Sequence record: PV390659.2
Direction: 5' to 3' (one strand)
Source: Escherichia phage vB_EcoM_P8
DNA: 64,000 bases
Shown: piece after piece, positions 31,788 through 43,248 of the stretch
Numbering within the stretch: the stretch's first letter is position 1
Layout: every line of letters begins with the position of its first letter
The notes under the pieces: model-generated
Seen by the model: only the letters and a program-made list of their open reading frames with translations
Database searches by the model: none
Told to the model about the DNA's origin: nothing
Position numbers and translations under genes: made by a program

Positions 31788-32444
31788 TTAATAATAGCCG
31801 AAATCTTGAACAGAATCCTTAATAACAATTTGATCAAATCGTGGAACATGTGAGGGTTGAGATGCAGGATTCTGTGAAAAAAGGTTTGGCGCAGTTAAAT
31901 TTCCTGTCATAGTATCTCCAGAGCGTAATACCCTAGAGTTTGCGTTTGCTGTAACAATATTTATTGCTCCATCAACATAATCTTTCCGTGTAAGGTCATA
32001 ATTATTTACTGGAGATAATGAAGCTGCGCGTATTTGTGATGCTTCAATTACACCCTTTGAGCTAATATCTCCATTTCGCGTGTTAATTACTACAGTTCTA
32101 CCTGCTGTTCCTTGTGATGATTTAAAACCAATACCATACCACGAAACAATATCCATATTTGTAGTATCATACGTGGCATTATCACCAGGACCAGCAAAAA
32201 TACCATTGTCACCTGACCCTGCACCAGGAACAGTCATTCCTTTATTAAAAATTACTTTATTTAAATACGTACCACCATTAGCTTTAGAAACGAAATCGTT
32301 ATCAGTAGCTTGTGGTTTATTATATTCTGAATATATTTTAAATGATTTATAGAGTACATCGTCACCGGCTGGATTCAATGGAAAATTTCCTTGATGCCAA
32401 ATGACAGAGCCTCCAGTTGTTGAACCTACTTTTAAATCAGCCAT
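31788..32444 (-). CDS. 36: long tail fiber distal connector gp36
   Basis: 218 aa; position and size; late promoter upstream. Confidence 0.85.
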   Translation of the reverse strand: MADLKVGSTTGGSVIWHQGNFPLNPAGDDVLYKSFKIYSEYNKPQATDNDFVSKANGGTYLNKVIFNKGMTVPGAGSGDNGIFAGPGDNATYDTTNMDIVSWYGIGFKSSQGTAGRTVVINTRNGDISSKGVIEASQIRAASLSPVNNYDLTRKDYVDGAINIVTANANSRVLRSGDTMTGNLTAPNLFSQNPASQPSHVPRFDQIVIKDSVQDFGYY

Positions 32445-32467
32445 TGTATGCCCCTTTATTTTAATAG

Positions 32468-32475
32468 TATTTATA
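32468..32475 (-). promoter_or_regulatory. late promoter (TATAAATA) for gene 36
   Basis: TATAAATA on minus strand between terminator and gene 36 start. Confidence 0.6.
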
Positions 32476-32501
32476 AAGAAAAAGGGAACCCGAAGGCTCC
32501 C
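32476..32501 (-). terminator. rho-independent terminator between genes 35 and 36
   Basis: On minus strand GGGAGCC-TTCG-GGTTCCC (one G-U pair) followed by UUUUUCUUU. Confidence 0.55.
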
Positions 32502-32506
32502 TCAAT

Positions 32507-33622
32507 TTAAACTTCTCTAAATTCTTGCCCAAACACTTTACCAGTTTTAGACGATGCTTGCGTAGGAAGTACCATTATATCCGGAGGTGAAGCAGATTCA
32601 CAGACATAATTAACTCGAATACCATTGACGCCAAATTCAGCAGGTTTTGAAATTCCGCCATTTCTTGATACTTCAGAAAAGCTTAAATTTCTCATGCCGC
32701 CTTGACCAGCTTGAGCAGTTCTTTGTGCATATATTGTAAATCCTACTGCGTTTTCTGGAATAACTACATAATCTTCCTTTAATTCCCATGACCCAGCTTG
32801 TCCAGTAAACTCAGCATGTGTTGAAGAAATATATCCATTCGATTCATCATAAAAACGGATAGATATATTTGTAGTTCCAAGCGCAAGTAAATCGGCATCA
32901 GCATATAACTGTGCTTTAAGATAAAGAACATCGCCAGGAATTAAATTATAATCAGATAATTTACTTATCGCGGATGAAGTTGGTAAACGTGCAATTTCGT
33001 TATTAGTTCCACCAACCGCTGACATAAATTGCTCAACGCTTTCATATGTTCTTTTAGGAAATCCTGTAGCTCCAACGTCTTCTAAACTATCAAATACAAC
33101 ATCTAAAATAGTTTGATAATCATCTGTGCTTTTTCTATTGCTTAATTTAACATGTTCTAATGCAATAGCTCTTTTAGAAGAAGTGTAAAAAGCAGCATAT
33201 GATACGTCAAATCTTGACAATATAGAATCAGATGGAAAAGCAGACGTTCCTGTGGCTCTTAGCCAAGATACTACCTCAGGAGGAAAATTAACCTTTCCAC
33301 TAGTTAATATAGCAACAAGTCTATTATTCGTCAAAGAGTTCATGAAACCAACAAAAGCAGCTGATGTAGTATCATTTGAAGTCGAAAAAGCATATGACTT
33401 ACTATCAACTAATGCTCCTGTAGAAGGGTCAAAAACTCTTAAATGAAGACCTGTATTAAATGTTTGGCTTCCGATAGGATTATCCTGAAATTTGACATAT
33501 GGTCCTGCTGTAGAAAGCGGGCAAGAACCCGCTATGCTTATTTTATATCTTACTGAATTGCTTTCCGATAAAAATGGCGTTTGGACATATCCTTGTCCAA
33601 ACTCTGCCATAAATTTTTCCAT
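32507..33622 (-). CDS. 35: long tail fiber hinge gp35
   Basis: 371 aa; position and size. Confidence 0.85.
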   Translation of the reverse strand: MEKFMAEFGQGYVQTPFLSESNSVRYKISIAGSCPLSTAGPYVKFQDNPIGSQTFNTGLHLRVFDPSTGALVDSKSYAFSTSNDTTSAAFVGFMNSLTNNRLVAILTSGKVNFPPEVVSWLRATGTSAFPSDSILSRFDVSYAAFYTSSKRAIALEHVKLSNRKSTDDYQTILDVVFDSLEDVGATGFPKRTYESVEQFMSAVGGTNNEIARLPTSSAISKLSDYNLIPGDVLYLKAQLYADADLLALGTTNISIRFYDESNGYISSTHAEFTGQAGSWELKEDYVVIPENAVGFTIYAQRTAQAGQGGMRNLSFSEVSRNGGISKPAEFGVNGIRVNYVCESASPPDIMVLPTQASSKTGKVFGQEFREV

Positions 33623-33630
33623 AATACCTC

Positions 33631-36600
33631 TTATTCAACCCATTCAAATTTAACCGTTTTATTCACTGGGTCAGGAATAATACGAACATTACCAATTCGT
33701 AAGAAATCACGAATAGTAAGATTCCCCATTATAGCATTATCAGATGGTAAAGCACCAATATCAGATGGCTGAGGAGGGTTACCCCCATCAAATACCTGAA
33801 CAAAACTTGACCAAGAGTTTTTAGTTTTCTGCCATGTACGCGTCCAGCGAGTGGTGCGCGCTTCTGGGGTCGTTGGATAAGTAATCCAATCTTGGTAAAG
33901 CGAATCGAGTGTGTTACCAAACTGAGTCAACGTACCAGGAGATTTAACCTCTTCGCCGCGTTCTAAGTATGGAAGACCAGTCACTTCATTAGTTTTTTCA
34001 ACCATCTTAAAATAACCCGGGAATTGGTTATAAGTGGCTGAATCATTAATATCGATTGACCAGAATCCTACAGTATCAGATGTTGGCGCACGAGTATATA
34101 AATCAGAGGTTTTAGTACCCTGAGAACGAATTCTCGAGTTGACAGTTAAACCACCTGAAGTTATAGTAGCACCTTTGGCAATGATTAAGCTTTCACCAAT
34201 TGTAACCTGACCAGATTGATTATTAATAGCTAAAGGACGTAATCCATTAAATCCACCAGTCTGATCGCCAGATGCAGTAAGCATAAAATAGGTGTTAGCA
34301 GCATCATTGCGAATAAAGAATCCATAATCACCGTTTATTGCTCTAAAAGCATTCGACGATTTACTGATAAATTCGCCATTAGCAGTAACTGAACTACCGA
34401 ATGTTGCAACGCCATTCGCATTCAATGTTCCTGAAGCATTCACATTTATCGGTGTTACTGTACCATTAATGCTAAATGCTATATTACCATCTTTATTGCG
34501 TTGAGAATAAAAGTGATAAGATGTGTCATCACTAACTTCAAATACAGTAGAACGTGTTGTATCTGACCCGCCACCAAACTGATTTCCCCAAACTGTGATA
34601 TTCATCGTCTGTGCTGGGTTAGTTCCAGTTTGAGGTCCTTTCTCAAAAATCAGACGAGTTGCTGTTCCAGTATTAGAAATAGTTAATGTGCTATTTGCCG
34701 AAACTGATCCACCAAACGTAGCAGTACTAGATGATACAAGAGGGGCACTCAGATTCGTTTGTTGGGTTAAGGTTAGTGAACCATTAACCGTTTGTGCAAT
34801 ATCCCTACGAATGAACTGAGATGAATCTAGACCATCCAGTAAATTACTATCTACGGCTTTTGCTTTTAACGGCAAATAATTTGCTAATACACGGTTTAAT
34901 TCATATGGCGATACTGCATAGCTATTTTTCTCGTACAATTCTAATGACTGCGTTGAACCAACTGTATCATTACCAACGAATGTAATTGAACCAGATGAAG
35001 TTTTAACAAAACCTCTTACCAGAGTAGTAGCTGCCCAAGTAGGTTCACTCTGCACAATCCATTTTAAATTTTTTGGAGATACAGCAGTATTTGCTGACGT
35101 TCCAGCTACAGTTTCAGACTGAGTTGCAACTTTAATAACGCCTTCCTGTGCTTCAGTAGATTTAGTACCTAAAAGCTTTTTAGGAGTTATTAAAACATTA
35201 TCTAATGTTCCTGCAGCAGCTTCAACTTGTGTAGCTACACGAAGTGTACCACGCTGAGTCTCATTTGCTTCAAGAATATTAAGGGTATAATGGTCCCAGA
35301 GAGTTCCTGATTCAACTAATCCAGATAGAGCAACAACAGAAGTACGATCAGTACTATTAAATCTGGTTTTAATTTTTAATGGTGTAGAGATACGAGTATC
35401 GTCGACGCCTGCGTCGAATTCAACTTGCGTAGCAATTTCAGCTATACCACTTAAACTTTCAGTTGCTTTACGGTCATTTAAAGTTTTAGGAGTGACTGCA
35501 CGGGTATAATCAGTTCCTGTATTAACTTCACTTTGCGTAGCAATTTCAATTAAACCAATTCTTCCATCAGTTGATGTCTTTTTATGTAACGTTTCTGGCG
35601 TTACAACCGCATTTGCCCATCCTTCTTGGCTTTGTCCAGCAATTACTTCACTTTCGACTGCTAGAATTACTGCACCTTGTTGCGTTGGAGTAGCTTTATA
35701 CTGATCCAAAGCTTTAGGCGAAACAACTAAATTATTAGTGTTTTTATTATAAACGTTTGTACCATTTAATTCACGACTAGAAGCTGGAGTAGCTCCTGCA
35801 GTAGATACAAAGGTTACAATACCAGATAATGACTCAGAACCTTGTCGAGCTTGAAGCTTTTTAGGAGTGATGATTGTAGTATCATCAGTACCTGTGTTAG
35901 TTTCTTGCTGCGTCGCAATTTCAGCAACACCTCTACGAGTTTCTGTGGCAGTTCTTTCATTCAGCTTTTTAGGAGTGACGATAATATCATCAGCAAAAGA
36001 GAATGTAGTATCCTGGTTCACTTGGGCAGTAGTTGCTATTCTTGCGATACCTCTACGAGTTTCTGTAGCAGTACGGTTAGCTAATGTTTCTGGTGTAATT
36101 GCTAATTCTTTTTGTGGAGAATTTTCTAAATCGACGTTAGCTTGAGCTTGTGTAGCTAAAGCAATTACGCCTAATCTTGCTCTAGTAGAATCATTTAAAG
36201 AATCAACTCTTTCAACTGTTGGCACGTTTTGCTGCACCACCCAGTATTTTTCATCAGAATCTTCTATATAAGCAAGCTGTAAAACTGGAACATAATTGGT
36301 TTCGCCGTTAAAAACTAATTCTTGAACAGTCACCCATTCAGCTTCAGGTGGATATTCTGAACGTTTTGGGAATTGCAGCAATTGAACTGAAGAAGCAATT
36401 TTATCTTCACCGGCAGCTTTGATTTTAACTGTTTGTCCTTTTCTCATATAATTCATGGAAATTTTAACAGTATCACCAATGGAAATATCGGTTGGAAGCT
36501 GAAGTTCAATTGTTTGGGTTGTTCCGTTATTCGCTCCAAATACCATAACTTCTTCATTTGGACGAATACTAGAATTAGTTGTTATAATACGTAAACGTGC

Positions 36601-37500
36601 TTTACTATCCCCGTCAAACAATCTCCACAATTTTTCATTATCATCATACAACAAGAAACCATCAATCGATGTACGGCCTTCAATGGAATGAGTTCCAACT
36701 TCTTGCACTGAAGTTGTTTCATCGTATGTAGTAACAATTGTATGATAAAGTGGATTTAGTTTATCTAAATCGACGAAATTAATAATATCGCCATGATTAG
36801 CAAATCTCGGAAGTTTAATATTAATCGCCGCGGCTGAAGTAAATCTGCGCACGATAAAATCGTTAGATTGCGCTTGATAAAGACTTGCCGGCGTCACAAC
36901 CACAGCTTCTCTGCTATAATCAGCAACATACATTTGCCACAGACGATTACTAAAAATTAAAACTATCTGCGATTTTGGATGAGTCATTAGTACTGAACGT
37001 ACTTGTTCGCCTCTGAAGTTTACAATACTTTGCACTGGAGCTACAATTAAAACTTGGTTAACACCAGGTTTTCCTCCAATGTCTTGGAGAACGATAGTAT
37101 CTCCATCAATTGGGGAAGATGGTAAAGTAAATGTAATGTCATTACCAGCTGCAGTATCAACTGAAATTGATTCGCCTGACTTTAATTGATAAGGTCCTGA
37201 TGAAACAGTTGTCCAATTAGCATCAGTACGTAATGCTCTCCAACGCACGCTATTAAAAGCTCCTGCTGGTTTTGGAATATCATTTATAGCAGCCCAAAAG
37301 CGGTTATCATAAATGATTACAAAATCTTTTAAATATCCACGAGTTGGATCGTATTGTTGAACTGTGTTTTCTTGAATTAAGTAATCAACGTTAACACCGT
37401 CAGTTCCTACGGTACGATCAGCTAAAGCTACGTTGATTATTTTATCGCCACCTGCGTCCAGACCGTCTTCTGCTCTGAACTTTCTTTTAATCTCGGCCAT
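33631..37500 (-). CDS. 34: long tail fiber proximal subunit gp34
   Basis: 1289 aa equals T4 gp34 length; MAEIKRKFRAEDGLDAGGDKIINVALADRT...; internal TPKKL..ATE..G.AEIAT repeats. Confidence 0.95.
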   Translation of the reverse strand: MAEIKRKFRAEDGLDAGGDKIINVALADRTVGTDGVNVDYLIQENTVQQYDPTRGYLKDFVIIYDNRFWAAINDIPKPAGAFNSVRWRALRTDANWTTVSSGPYQLKSGESISVDTAAGNDITFTLPSSPIDGDTIVLQDIGGKPGVNQVLIVAPVQSIVNFRGEQVRSVLMTHPKSQIVLIFSNRLWQMYVADYSREAVVVTPASLYQAQSNDFIVRRFTSAAAINIKLPRFANHGDIINFVDLDKLNPLYHTIVTTYDETTSVQEVGTHSIEGRTSIDGFLLYDDNEKLWRLFDGDSKARLRIITTNSSIRPNEEVMVFGANNGTTQTIELQLPTDISIGDTVKISMNYMRKGQTVKIKAAGEDKIASSVQLLQFPKRSEYPPEAEWVTVQELVFNGETNYVPVLQLAYIEDSDEKYWVVQQNVPTVERVDSLNDSTRARLGVIALATQAQANVDLENSPQKELAITPETLANRTATETRRGIARIATTAQVNQDTTFSFADDIIVTPKKLNERTATETRRGVAEIATQQETNTGTDDTTIITPKKLQARQGSESLSGIVTFVSTAGATPASSRELNGTNVYNKNTNNLVVSPKALDQYKATPTQQGAVILAVESEVIAGQSQEGWANAVVTPETLHKKTSTDGRIGLIEIATQSEVNTGTDYTRAVTPKTLNDRKATESLSGIAEIATQVEFDAGVDDTRISTPLKIKTRFNSTDRTSVVALSGLVESGTLWDHYTLNILEANETQRGTLRVATQVEAAAGTLDNVLITPKKLLGTKSTEAQEGVIKVATQSETVAGTSANTAVSPKNLKWIVQSEPTWAATTLVRGFVKTSSGSITFVGNDTVGSTQSLELYEKNSYAVSPYELNRVLANYLPLKAKAVDSNLLDGLDSSQFIRRDIAQTVNGSLTLTQQTNLSAPLVSSSTATFGGSVSANSTLTISNTGTATRLIFEKGPQTGTNPAQTMNITVWGNQFGGGSDTTRSTVFEVSDDTSYHFYSQRNKDGNIAFSINGTVTPINVNASGTLNANGVATFGSSVTANGEFISKSSNAFRAINGDYGFFIRNDAANTYFMLTASGDQTGGFNGLRPLAINNQSGQVTIGESLIIAKGATITSGGLTVNSRIRSQGTKTSDLYTRAPTSDTVGFWSIDINDSATYNQFPGYFKMVEKTNEVTGLPYLERGEEVKSPGTLTQFGNTLDSLYQDWITYPTTPEARTTRWTRTWQKTKNSWSSFVQVFDGGNPPQPSDIGALPSDNAIMGNLTIRDFLRIGNVRIIPDPVNKTVKFEWVE

Positions 37501-37533
37501 TCTCCCGGCTCCTATTGTGTTTTCAATAATAAG

Positions 37534-37541
37534 TATTTATA
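37534..37541 (-). promoter_or_regulatory. late promoter (TATAAATA) for gene 34
   Basis: TATAAATA on minus strand about 35 nt upstream of gene 34 start; divergent from rnh early promoter. Confidence 0.65.
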
Positions 37542-37544
37542 CTT

Positions 37545-37574
37545 GTTTACTTTAAGATTCGGATGGTATATAAT
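37545..37574 (+). promoter_or_regulatory. T4-type early promoter upstream of rnh
   Basis: GTTTAC, 18-nt spacer, TATAAT. Confidence 0.55.
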
Positions 37575-37603
37575 AGAAATCTCACTAATTGAACGAGGTT
37601 CAT

Positions 37604-38521
37604 ATGGATTTAGAAATGATGCTGGATGAAGATTACAAAGAAGGAATCTGCTTAATTGACTTTAGTCAAATTGCGCTTTCAACTGCTTTAGTAAACTTCC
37701 CAGATAAAGAAAAAATTAATTTATCAATGGTTCGTCATTTGATATTGAACTCAATTAAGTTTAATGTCAAAAAAGCAAAAACTCTTGGATACACTAAAAT
37801 TGTGTTGTGTATTGATAATGCGAAATCTGGATATTGGCGTCGTGATTTTGCTTATTATTATAAGAAAAACCGTGGAAAAGCACGAGAAGAATCTACTTGG
37901 GATTGGGAAGGTTATTTTGAATCCAGTCATAAAGTTATAGATGAATTGAAAGCTTATATGCCATACATTGTTATGGATATTGATAAGTATGAAGCAGATG
38001 ACCACATTGCTGTTCTTGTTAAAAAGTTCTCTTTAGAAGGACATAAAATTTTAATCATTTCATCGGATGGTGACTTTACTCAACTTCATAAGTATCCAAA
38101 TGTTAAGCAATGGTCACCGATGCATAAGAAATGGGTTAAAATTAAAAGCGGTTCTGCTGAAATTGACTGCATGACTAAAATCCTTAAAGGTGATAAAAAG
38201 GATAACGTCGCTTCAGTTAAAGTACGATCTGACTTTTGGTTTACCAGAGTTGAAGGCGAACGAACTCCTTCAATGAAAACATCTATTGTTGAAGCTATTG
38301 CTAATGACCGTGAGCAAGCTAAGGTGCTTCTCACTGAATCTGAATATAATCGATATAAAGAAAATTTAGTTCTAATTGATTTTGATTATATTCCTGATAA
38401 TATTGCTTCAAACATTGTGAATTACTATAATTCATATAAATTACCACCGCGTGGCAAAATTTATTCATATTTTGTAAAAGCGGGTCTTTCTAAATTAACT
38501 AATAGCATTAATGAATTTTGA
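37604..38521 (+). CDS. rnh: RNase H (5'-3' exonuclease / flap endonuclease)
   Basis: 305 aa from ATG 37604; MDLEMMLDEDYKEGICLIDFSQIA... matches T4 Rnh. Confidence 0.9.
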   Translation: MDLEMMLDEDYKEGICLIDFSQIALSTALVNFPDKEKINLSMVRHLILNSIKFNVKKAKTLGYTKIVLCIDNAKSGYWRRDFAYYYKKNRGKAREESTWDWEGYFESSHKVIDELKAYMPYIVMDIDKYEADDHIAVLVKKFSLEGHKILIISSDGDFTQLHKYPNVKQWSPMHKKWVKIKSGSAEIDCMTKILKGDKKDNVASVKVRSDFWFTRVEGERTPSMKTSIVEAIANDREQAKVLLTESEYNRYKENLVLIDFDYIPDNIASNIVNYYNSYKLPPRGKIYSYFVKAGLSKLTNSINEF

Positions 38522-38529
38522 GGTGAATA

Positions 38530-38799
38530 ATGGCTAAAAAAGAAATGGTTGAATTTGATGAAGCTATCCATGGCGAAGACTTGGCTAAATTTATTAAAGA
38601 AGCATCTGATCATAAACTGAAAATTTCTGGTTATAATGAATTGATTAAAGATATTCGAATTCGTGCCAAAGATGAACTTGGCGTTGATGGTAAGATGTTT
38701 AATCGTCTATTAGCTTTGTATCATAAAGATAACCGTGATGTGTTTGAAGCTGAAACCGAAGAGGTAGTTGAACTTTATGACACAGTTTTCTCTAAATGA
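38530..38799 (+). CDS. dsbA: dsDNA-binding protein DsbA
   Basis: 89 aa; matches T4 DsbA length and position. Confidence 0.8.
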   Translation: MAKKEMVEFDEAIHGEDLAKFIKEASDHKLKISGYNELIKDIRIRAKDELGVDGKMFNRLLALYHKDNRDVFEAETEEVVELYDTVFSK

Positions 38800-39115
38800 T
38801 ATTCGTCCGGTCGATGAGACCGGTCTTTCAGAAAAAGAACTTTCAATTAAGAAAGAAAAGGATGAAATAGCAAAGCTTCTTGACCGCCAAGAAAATGGAT
38901 TTATTATTGAAAAAATGGTAGAAGAGTTTGGAATGAGTTATCTTGAAGCTACAACAGCATTCTTGGAAGAAAATTCTATTCCTGAAACTCAATTTGCTAA
39001 ATTTATTCCTTCGGGTATAATTGAAAAAATTCAGTCAGAAGCTATTGACGAAAATCTTTTACGTCCTTCTGTTGTTCGTTGTGAAAAAACTAATACATTA
39101 GATTTTCTACTATGA
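38777..39115 (+). CDS. 33: late transcription co-activator gp33
   Basis: 112 aa MTQFSLNDIRPVDETGLSEKELSIKKEKDEIAKLL... matches T4 gp33. Confidence 0.85.
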   Translation: MTQFSLNDIRPVDETGLSEKELSIKKEKDEIAKLLDRQENGFIIEKMVEEFGMSYLEATTAFLEENSIPETQFAKFIPSGIIEKIQSEAIDENLLRPSVVRCEKTNTLDFLL

Positions 39116-39765
39116 TTAAACTCCGCATGCCTGCTGGTGGTGAAAGATACATTGATGGTAAATCAGTTTATAAATTATACTTAATGATAAAACAACATAT
39201 GAATGGAAAGTATGATGTAATTAAGTATAATTGGTGCATGCGGGTGTCTGATGCCGCTTATCAAAAGCGAAGGGATAAGTATTTTTTCCAGAAGTTATCA
39301 GAAAAATATAAATTAAAGGAACTTGCTTTAATCTTTATAAGCAATCTTGTTGCTAACCAAGATGCTTGGATTGGTGACATCTCTGACGCTGATGCACTTG
39401 TGTTTTATCGTGAATATATCGGACGCTTAAAGCAAATTAAATTTAAGTTTGAAGAAGATATTCGCAACATTTATTATTTTAGTAAAAAAGTTGAAGTTTC
39501 TGCTTTTAAAGAAATCTTTGAGTATAATCCAAAAGTTCAATCAAGTTATATTTTTAAACTACTTCAATCGAATATAATTTCGTTTGAGACGTTTATCTTG
39601 CTTGATTCGTTTTTAAATATAATCGATAAACATGATGAACAGACTGATAATTTAGTCTGGAATAATTATTCTATAAAGTTAAAGGCTTATAGAAAAATTT
39701 TAAATATTGATTCGCAGAAAGCTAAAAGTGTTTTCATTGAAACTGTGAAATCCTGCAAGTATTAA
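39112..39765 (+). CDS. 59: helicase loader gp59
   Basis: 217 aa MIKLRMPAGGERYIDGKSVYKLYL... matches T4 gp59. Confidence 0.9.
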   Translation: MIKLRMPAGGERYIDGKSVYKLYLMIKQHMNGKYDVIKYNWCMRVSDAAYQKRRDKYFFQKLSEKYKLKELALIFISNLVANQDAWIGDISDADALVFYREYIGRLKQIKFKFEEDIRNIYYFSKKVEVSAFKEIFEYNPKVQSSYIFKLLQSNIISFETFILLDSFLNIIDKHDEQTDNLVWNNYSIKLKAYRKILNIDSQKAKSVFIETVKSCKY

Positions 39766-39773
39766 TTGCTTAT

Positions 39774-39781
39774 TATAAATA
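39774..39781 (+). promoter_or_regulatory. candidate late promoter upstream of gene 32
   Basis: TATAAATA about 85 nt upstream of gene 32 ATG. Confidence 0.4.
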
Positions 39782-39798
39782 GATTATAATTATCTCAC

Positions 39799-39864
39799 TG
39801 ACCAGCTATGAGGTCATACATCGTCATAGCACCAACTGTTAATTAAATTAAAAAGGAAATAAAA
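39799..39864 (+). promoter_or_regulatory. gene 32 translational operator: H-type pseudoknot plus AU-rich leader
   Basis: GACC(39800-03)/GGTC(39812-15) and GCTATGA(39805-11)/TCATAGC(39824-30) interleaved stems, then AT-rich run to ATG 39865. Confidence 0.7.
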
Positions 39865-40773
39865 ATGTTTAAACGTAAATCTACTGCTGAACTCGCTGCA
39901 CAAATGGCTAAACTGGCTGGAAATAAAGGTGGTTTTTCTTCTGAAGATAAAGGCGAGTGGAAACTGAAACTCGATAATGCGGGTAACGGTCAAGCAGTAA
40001 TTCGTTTTCTTCCGTCTAAAAATGATGAACAAGCACCATTCGCAATTCTTGTAAATCACGGTTTCAAGAAAAATGGTAAATGGTATATTGAAAACTGTTC
40101 ATCTACCCACGGTGATTACGATTCTTGCCCAGTATGTCAGTACATCAGTAAAAATGATTTGTACAACACTGACAATAAAGAGTATGGTCTTGTTAAACGT
40201 AAAACTTCTTACTGGGCTAACATTCTTGTTGTAAAAGACCCAGCTGCTCCAGAAAATGAAGGTAAAGTATTTAAATATCGTTTCGGTAAGAAAATCTGGG
40301 ATAAAATCAACGCAATGATTGCAGTTGATGTTGAAATGGGTGAAACCCCAGTTGATGTAACTTGTCCGTGGGAAGGTGCTAACTTTGTACTGAAAGTTAA
40401 ACAAGTTTCTGGTTTTAGTAACTACGACGAATCTAAATTCCTGAATCAATCTGCGATTCCAAACATTGATGATGAATCTTTCCAGAAAGAACTGTTCGAA
40501 CAAATGGTTGACCTTTCTGAAATGACTTCTAAAGATAAATTCAAATCGTTTGAAGAACTGAGCACTAAGTTCAGTCAAGTTATGGGAACTGCTGCTATGG
40601 GTGGTGCCGCTGCAACTGCCGCTAAGAAAGCTGATAAAGTTGCTGATGATTTGGATGCATTCAATGTTGATGACTTCAAAACAAAAACTGAAGATGATTT
40701 TATGAGCTCAAGCTCTGGCAGTTCATCTAGTGCTGATGACACGGACCTGGATGACCTTTTGAATGACCTTTAA
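39865..40773 (+). CDS. 32: single-stranded DNA-binding protein gp32
   Basis: [17 protein letters not shown]...; acidic Ser-rich C-terminus; upstream pseudoknot operator. Confidence 0.95.
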   Translation: MFKRKSTAELAAQMAKLAGNKGGFSSEDKGEWKLKLDNAGNGQAVIRFLPSKNDEQAPFAILVNHGFKKNGKWYIENCSSTHGDYDSCPVCQYISKNDLYNTDNKEYGLVKRKTSYWANILVVKDPAAPENEGKVFKYRFGKKIWDKINAMIAVDVEMGETPVDVTCPWEGANFVLKVKQVSGFSNYDESKFLNQSAIPNIDDESFQKELFEQMVDLSEMTSKDKFKSFEELSTKFSQVMGTAAMGGAAATAAKKADKVADDLDAFNVDDFKTKTEDDFMSSSSGSSSSADDTDLDDLLNDL

Positions 40774-40795
40774 TAGATTATATTACTAATTAATT

Positions 40796-40819
40796 GGGGA
40801 CCCTAGAGGTCCCCTTTTT
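40796..40819 (+). terminator. rho-independent terminator after gene 32
   Basis: GGGGACC-CTAGA-GGTCCCC followed by TTTTT. Confidence 0.75.
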
Positions 40820-40844
40820 ATTTCAAAATTTTTTTCACAAAACT

Positions 40845-40874
40845 GTTTACATCTCTGTTCTTCCATGGTACTAT
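40845..40874 (+). promoter_or_regulatory. T4-type early promoter
   Basis: GTTTAC, 18-nt spacer, TACTAT. Confidence 0.55.
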
Positions 40875-40917
40875 ACAACTATCGGCAATACTGCTGACGA
40901 TTAAAGAGGAAAATAAT

Positions 40918-41145
40918 ATGGCTAAAGTTGATATTGACATCGTTGATTTTGAATATATTGAAGAAATTATTCGTAATCGTTATCCTGAACTTAGTATCAC
41001 AAGCGTACAAGATTCTAAGTTTTGGAGTATTCAAATCGTTATTGAAGGTCCTCTTGAAAACCTCACCCGCTTTATGGCTAATGAATACTGTGATGGTATG
41101 GATTCTGAAGACGCAGAATTTTACATGGGACTGATTGAACAATAA
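40918..41145 (+). CDS. hypothetical acidic protein (not a GIY-YIG segG)
   Basis: 75 aa with AGAGGAAAAT SD after early promoter. Confidence 0.5.
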   Translation: MAKVDIDIVDFEYIEEIIRNRYPELSITSVQDSKFWSIQIVIEGPLENLTRFMANEYCDGMDSEDAEFYMGLIEQ

Positions 41146-41180
41146 CTATCAAGCCCCCTATCAAAATGAGGAAAATCAAA

Positions 41181-41567
41181 ATGGAAATTGGCAAAAAATA
41201 TGAGTTAAATCCACATCGTATTAAATCTTTCATTGATATTAGTTCATCAAATGCTAATATGGTCGGCATCATTCAAGAAAATGGTGGTTGGTTTGAAGTT
41301 AAATCAATATCAAGTTTAGATGGCTTTGATTATGTAACTGAAATCATTTGTGCTAATGGCGAAATCTATAATGATGATGGTATGGGTGATGATTATTTTG
41401 AACTTAGTGAAGAAGAGTTTTACTGTTTCCGCGAGTATAAAGAACCAACTTCTGAAGAAGATGAAGTCGAAGATAAGATTTCTGGCGTAACAAAAATTCA
41501 CTGCATTGTAGACGAAAACAATGTAGATGAAATCATTGAACTTTTGCGAAAAACTTTCAAAAAGTAG
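41181..41567 (+). CDS. hypothetical acidic protein
   Basis: 128 aa from ATG 41181 (GAGGA SD); alternative start 41166. Confidence 0.5.
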   Translation: MEIGKKYELNPHRIKSFIDISSSNANMVGIIQENGGWFEVKSISSLDGFDYVTEIICANGEIYNDDGMGDDYFELSEEEFYCFREYKEPTSEEDEVEDKISGVTKIHCIVDENNVDEIIELLRKTFKK

Positions 41568-41596
41568 TTTACAGAAGGGTAGTAGTGTGATACTAT
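41567..41596 (+). promoter_or_regulatory. T4-type early promoter
   Basis: GTTTAC, 18-nt spacer, TACTAT. Confidence 0.5.
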
Positions 41597-41621
41597 TACC
41601 CTATCAACTAAGGAGAATAAA

Positions 41622-41864
41622 ATGAGATTACAACGTCAGAGCATTAAAGATTCAGAAGTTAGAGGTAAATGGTATTTTAATATCATCGGTAAAGATTCTG
41701 AACTTGTTGAAAAAGCTGAACGTCTTTTGCGTGATATGGGATGGGAAGATGAATGTGATGGATGCCCTCTTTATGAGGATGGAGAAAGCGCAGGATTCTG
41801 GATTTACCATTCTGACGTTGAACAGTTTAAAGCTGATTGGAAAATTGTGAAAAAGTCTGTTTGA
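41622..41864 (+). CDS. hypothetical protein
   Basis: 80 aa with TAAGGAGAAT SD after promoter. Confidence 0.5.
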   Translation: MRLQRQSIKDSEVRGKWYFNIIGKDSELVEKAERLLRDMGWEDECDGCPLYEDGESAGFWIYHSDVEQFKADWKIVKKSV

Positions 41865-41874
41865 GGAAAATATT

Positions 41875-42210
41875 ATGTCTGACATTCACGTAACTGGAAT
41901 TTCACAAGTAAACATTCGCTGCCAATTTAAAACTGTACCTGGGGTGACTCATATTACTTTATCACATGACCCATATTCTCGTGGAACACAGTTAACTGGT
42001 GTAATTAAGTTTTTCGGTGGAATTGGCGGAAACGAATTTACTATAGGCGATGACGAAATTGTTGGTTGTAAATTAAAAGTTCAGAAGGGAGTGTTAGAAC
42101 TTTTTAGTGATGAAGTTTTTGATGAAATCTCACGAGCAGTTAATAAAGGAATGTTAACGTTAATTAAAATGATTAAAGCCAGTGGATATGTTCCCGATCC
42201 TTTATATTAG
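41875..42210 (+). CDS. hypothetical protein
   Basis: 111 aa. Confidence 0.5.
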   Translation: MSDIHVTGISQVNIRCQFKTVPGVTHITLSHDPYSRGTQLTGVIKFFGGIGGNEFTIGDDEIVGCKLKVQKGVLELFSDEVFDEISRAVNKGMLTLIKMIKASGYVPDPLY

Positions 42211-42218
42211 GAGATAAT

Positions 42219-43247
<1,029 letters not shown>

Positions 43248-43248
<1 letters not shown>

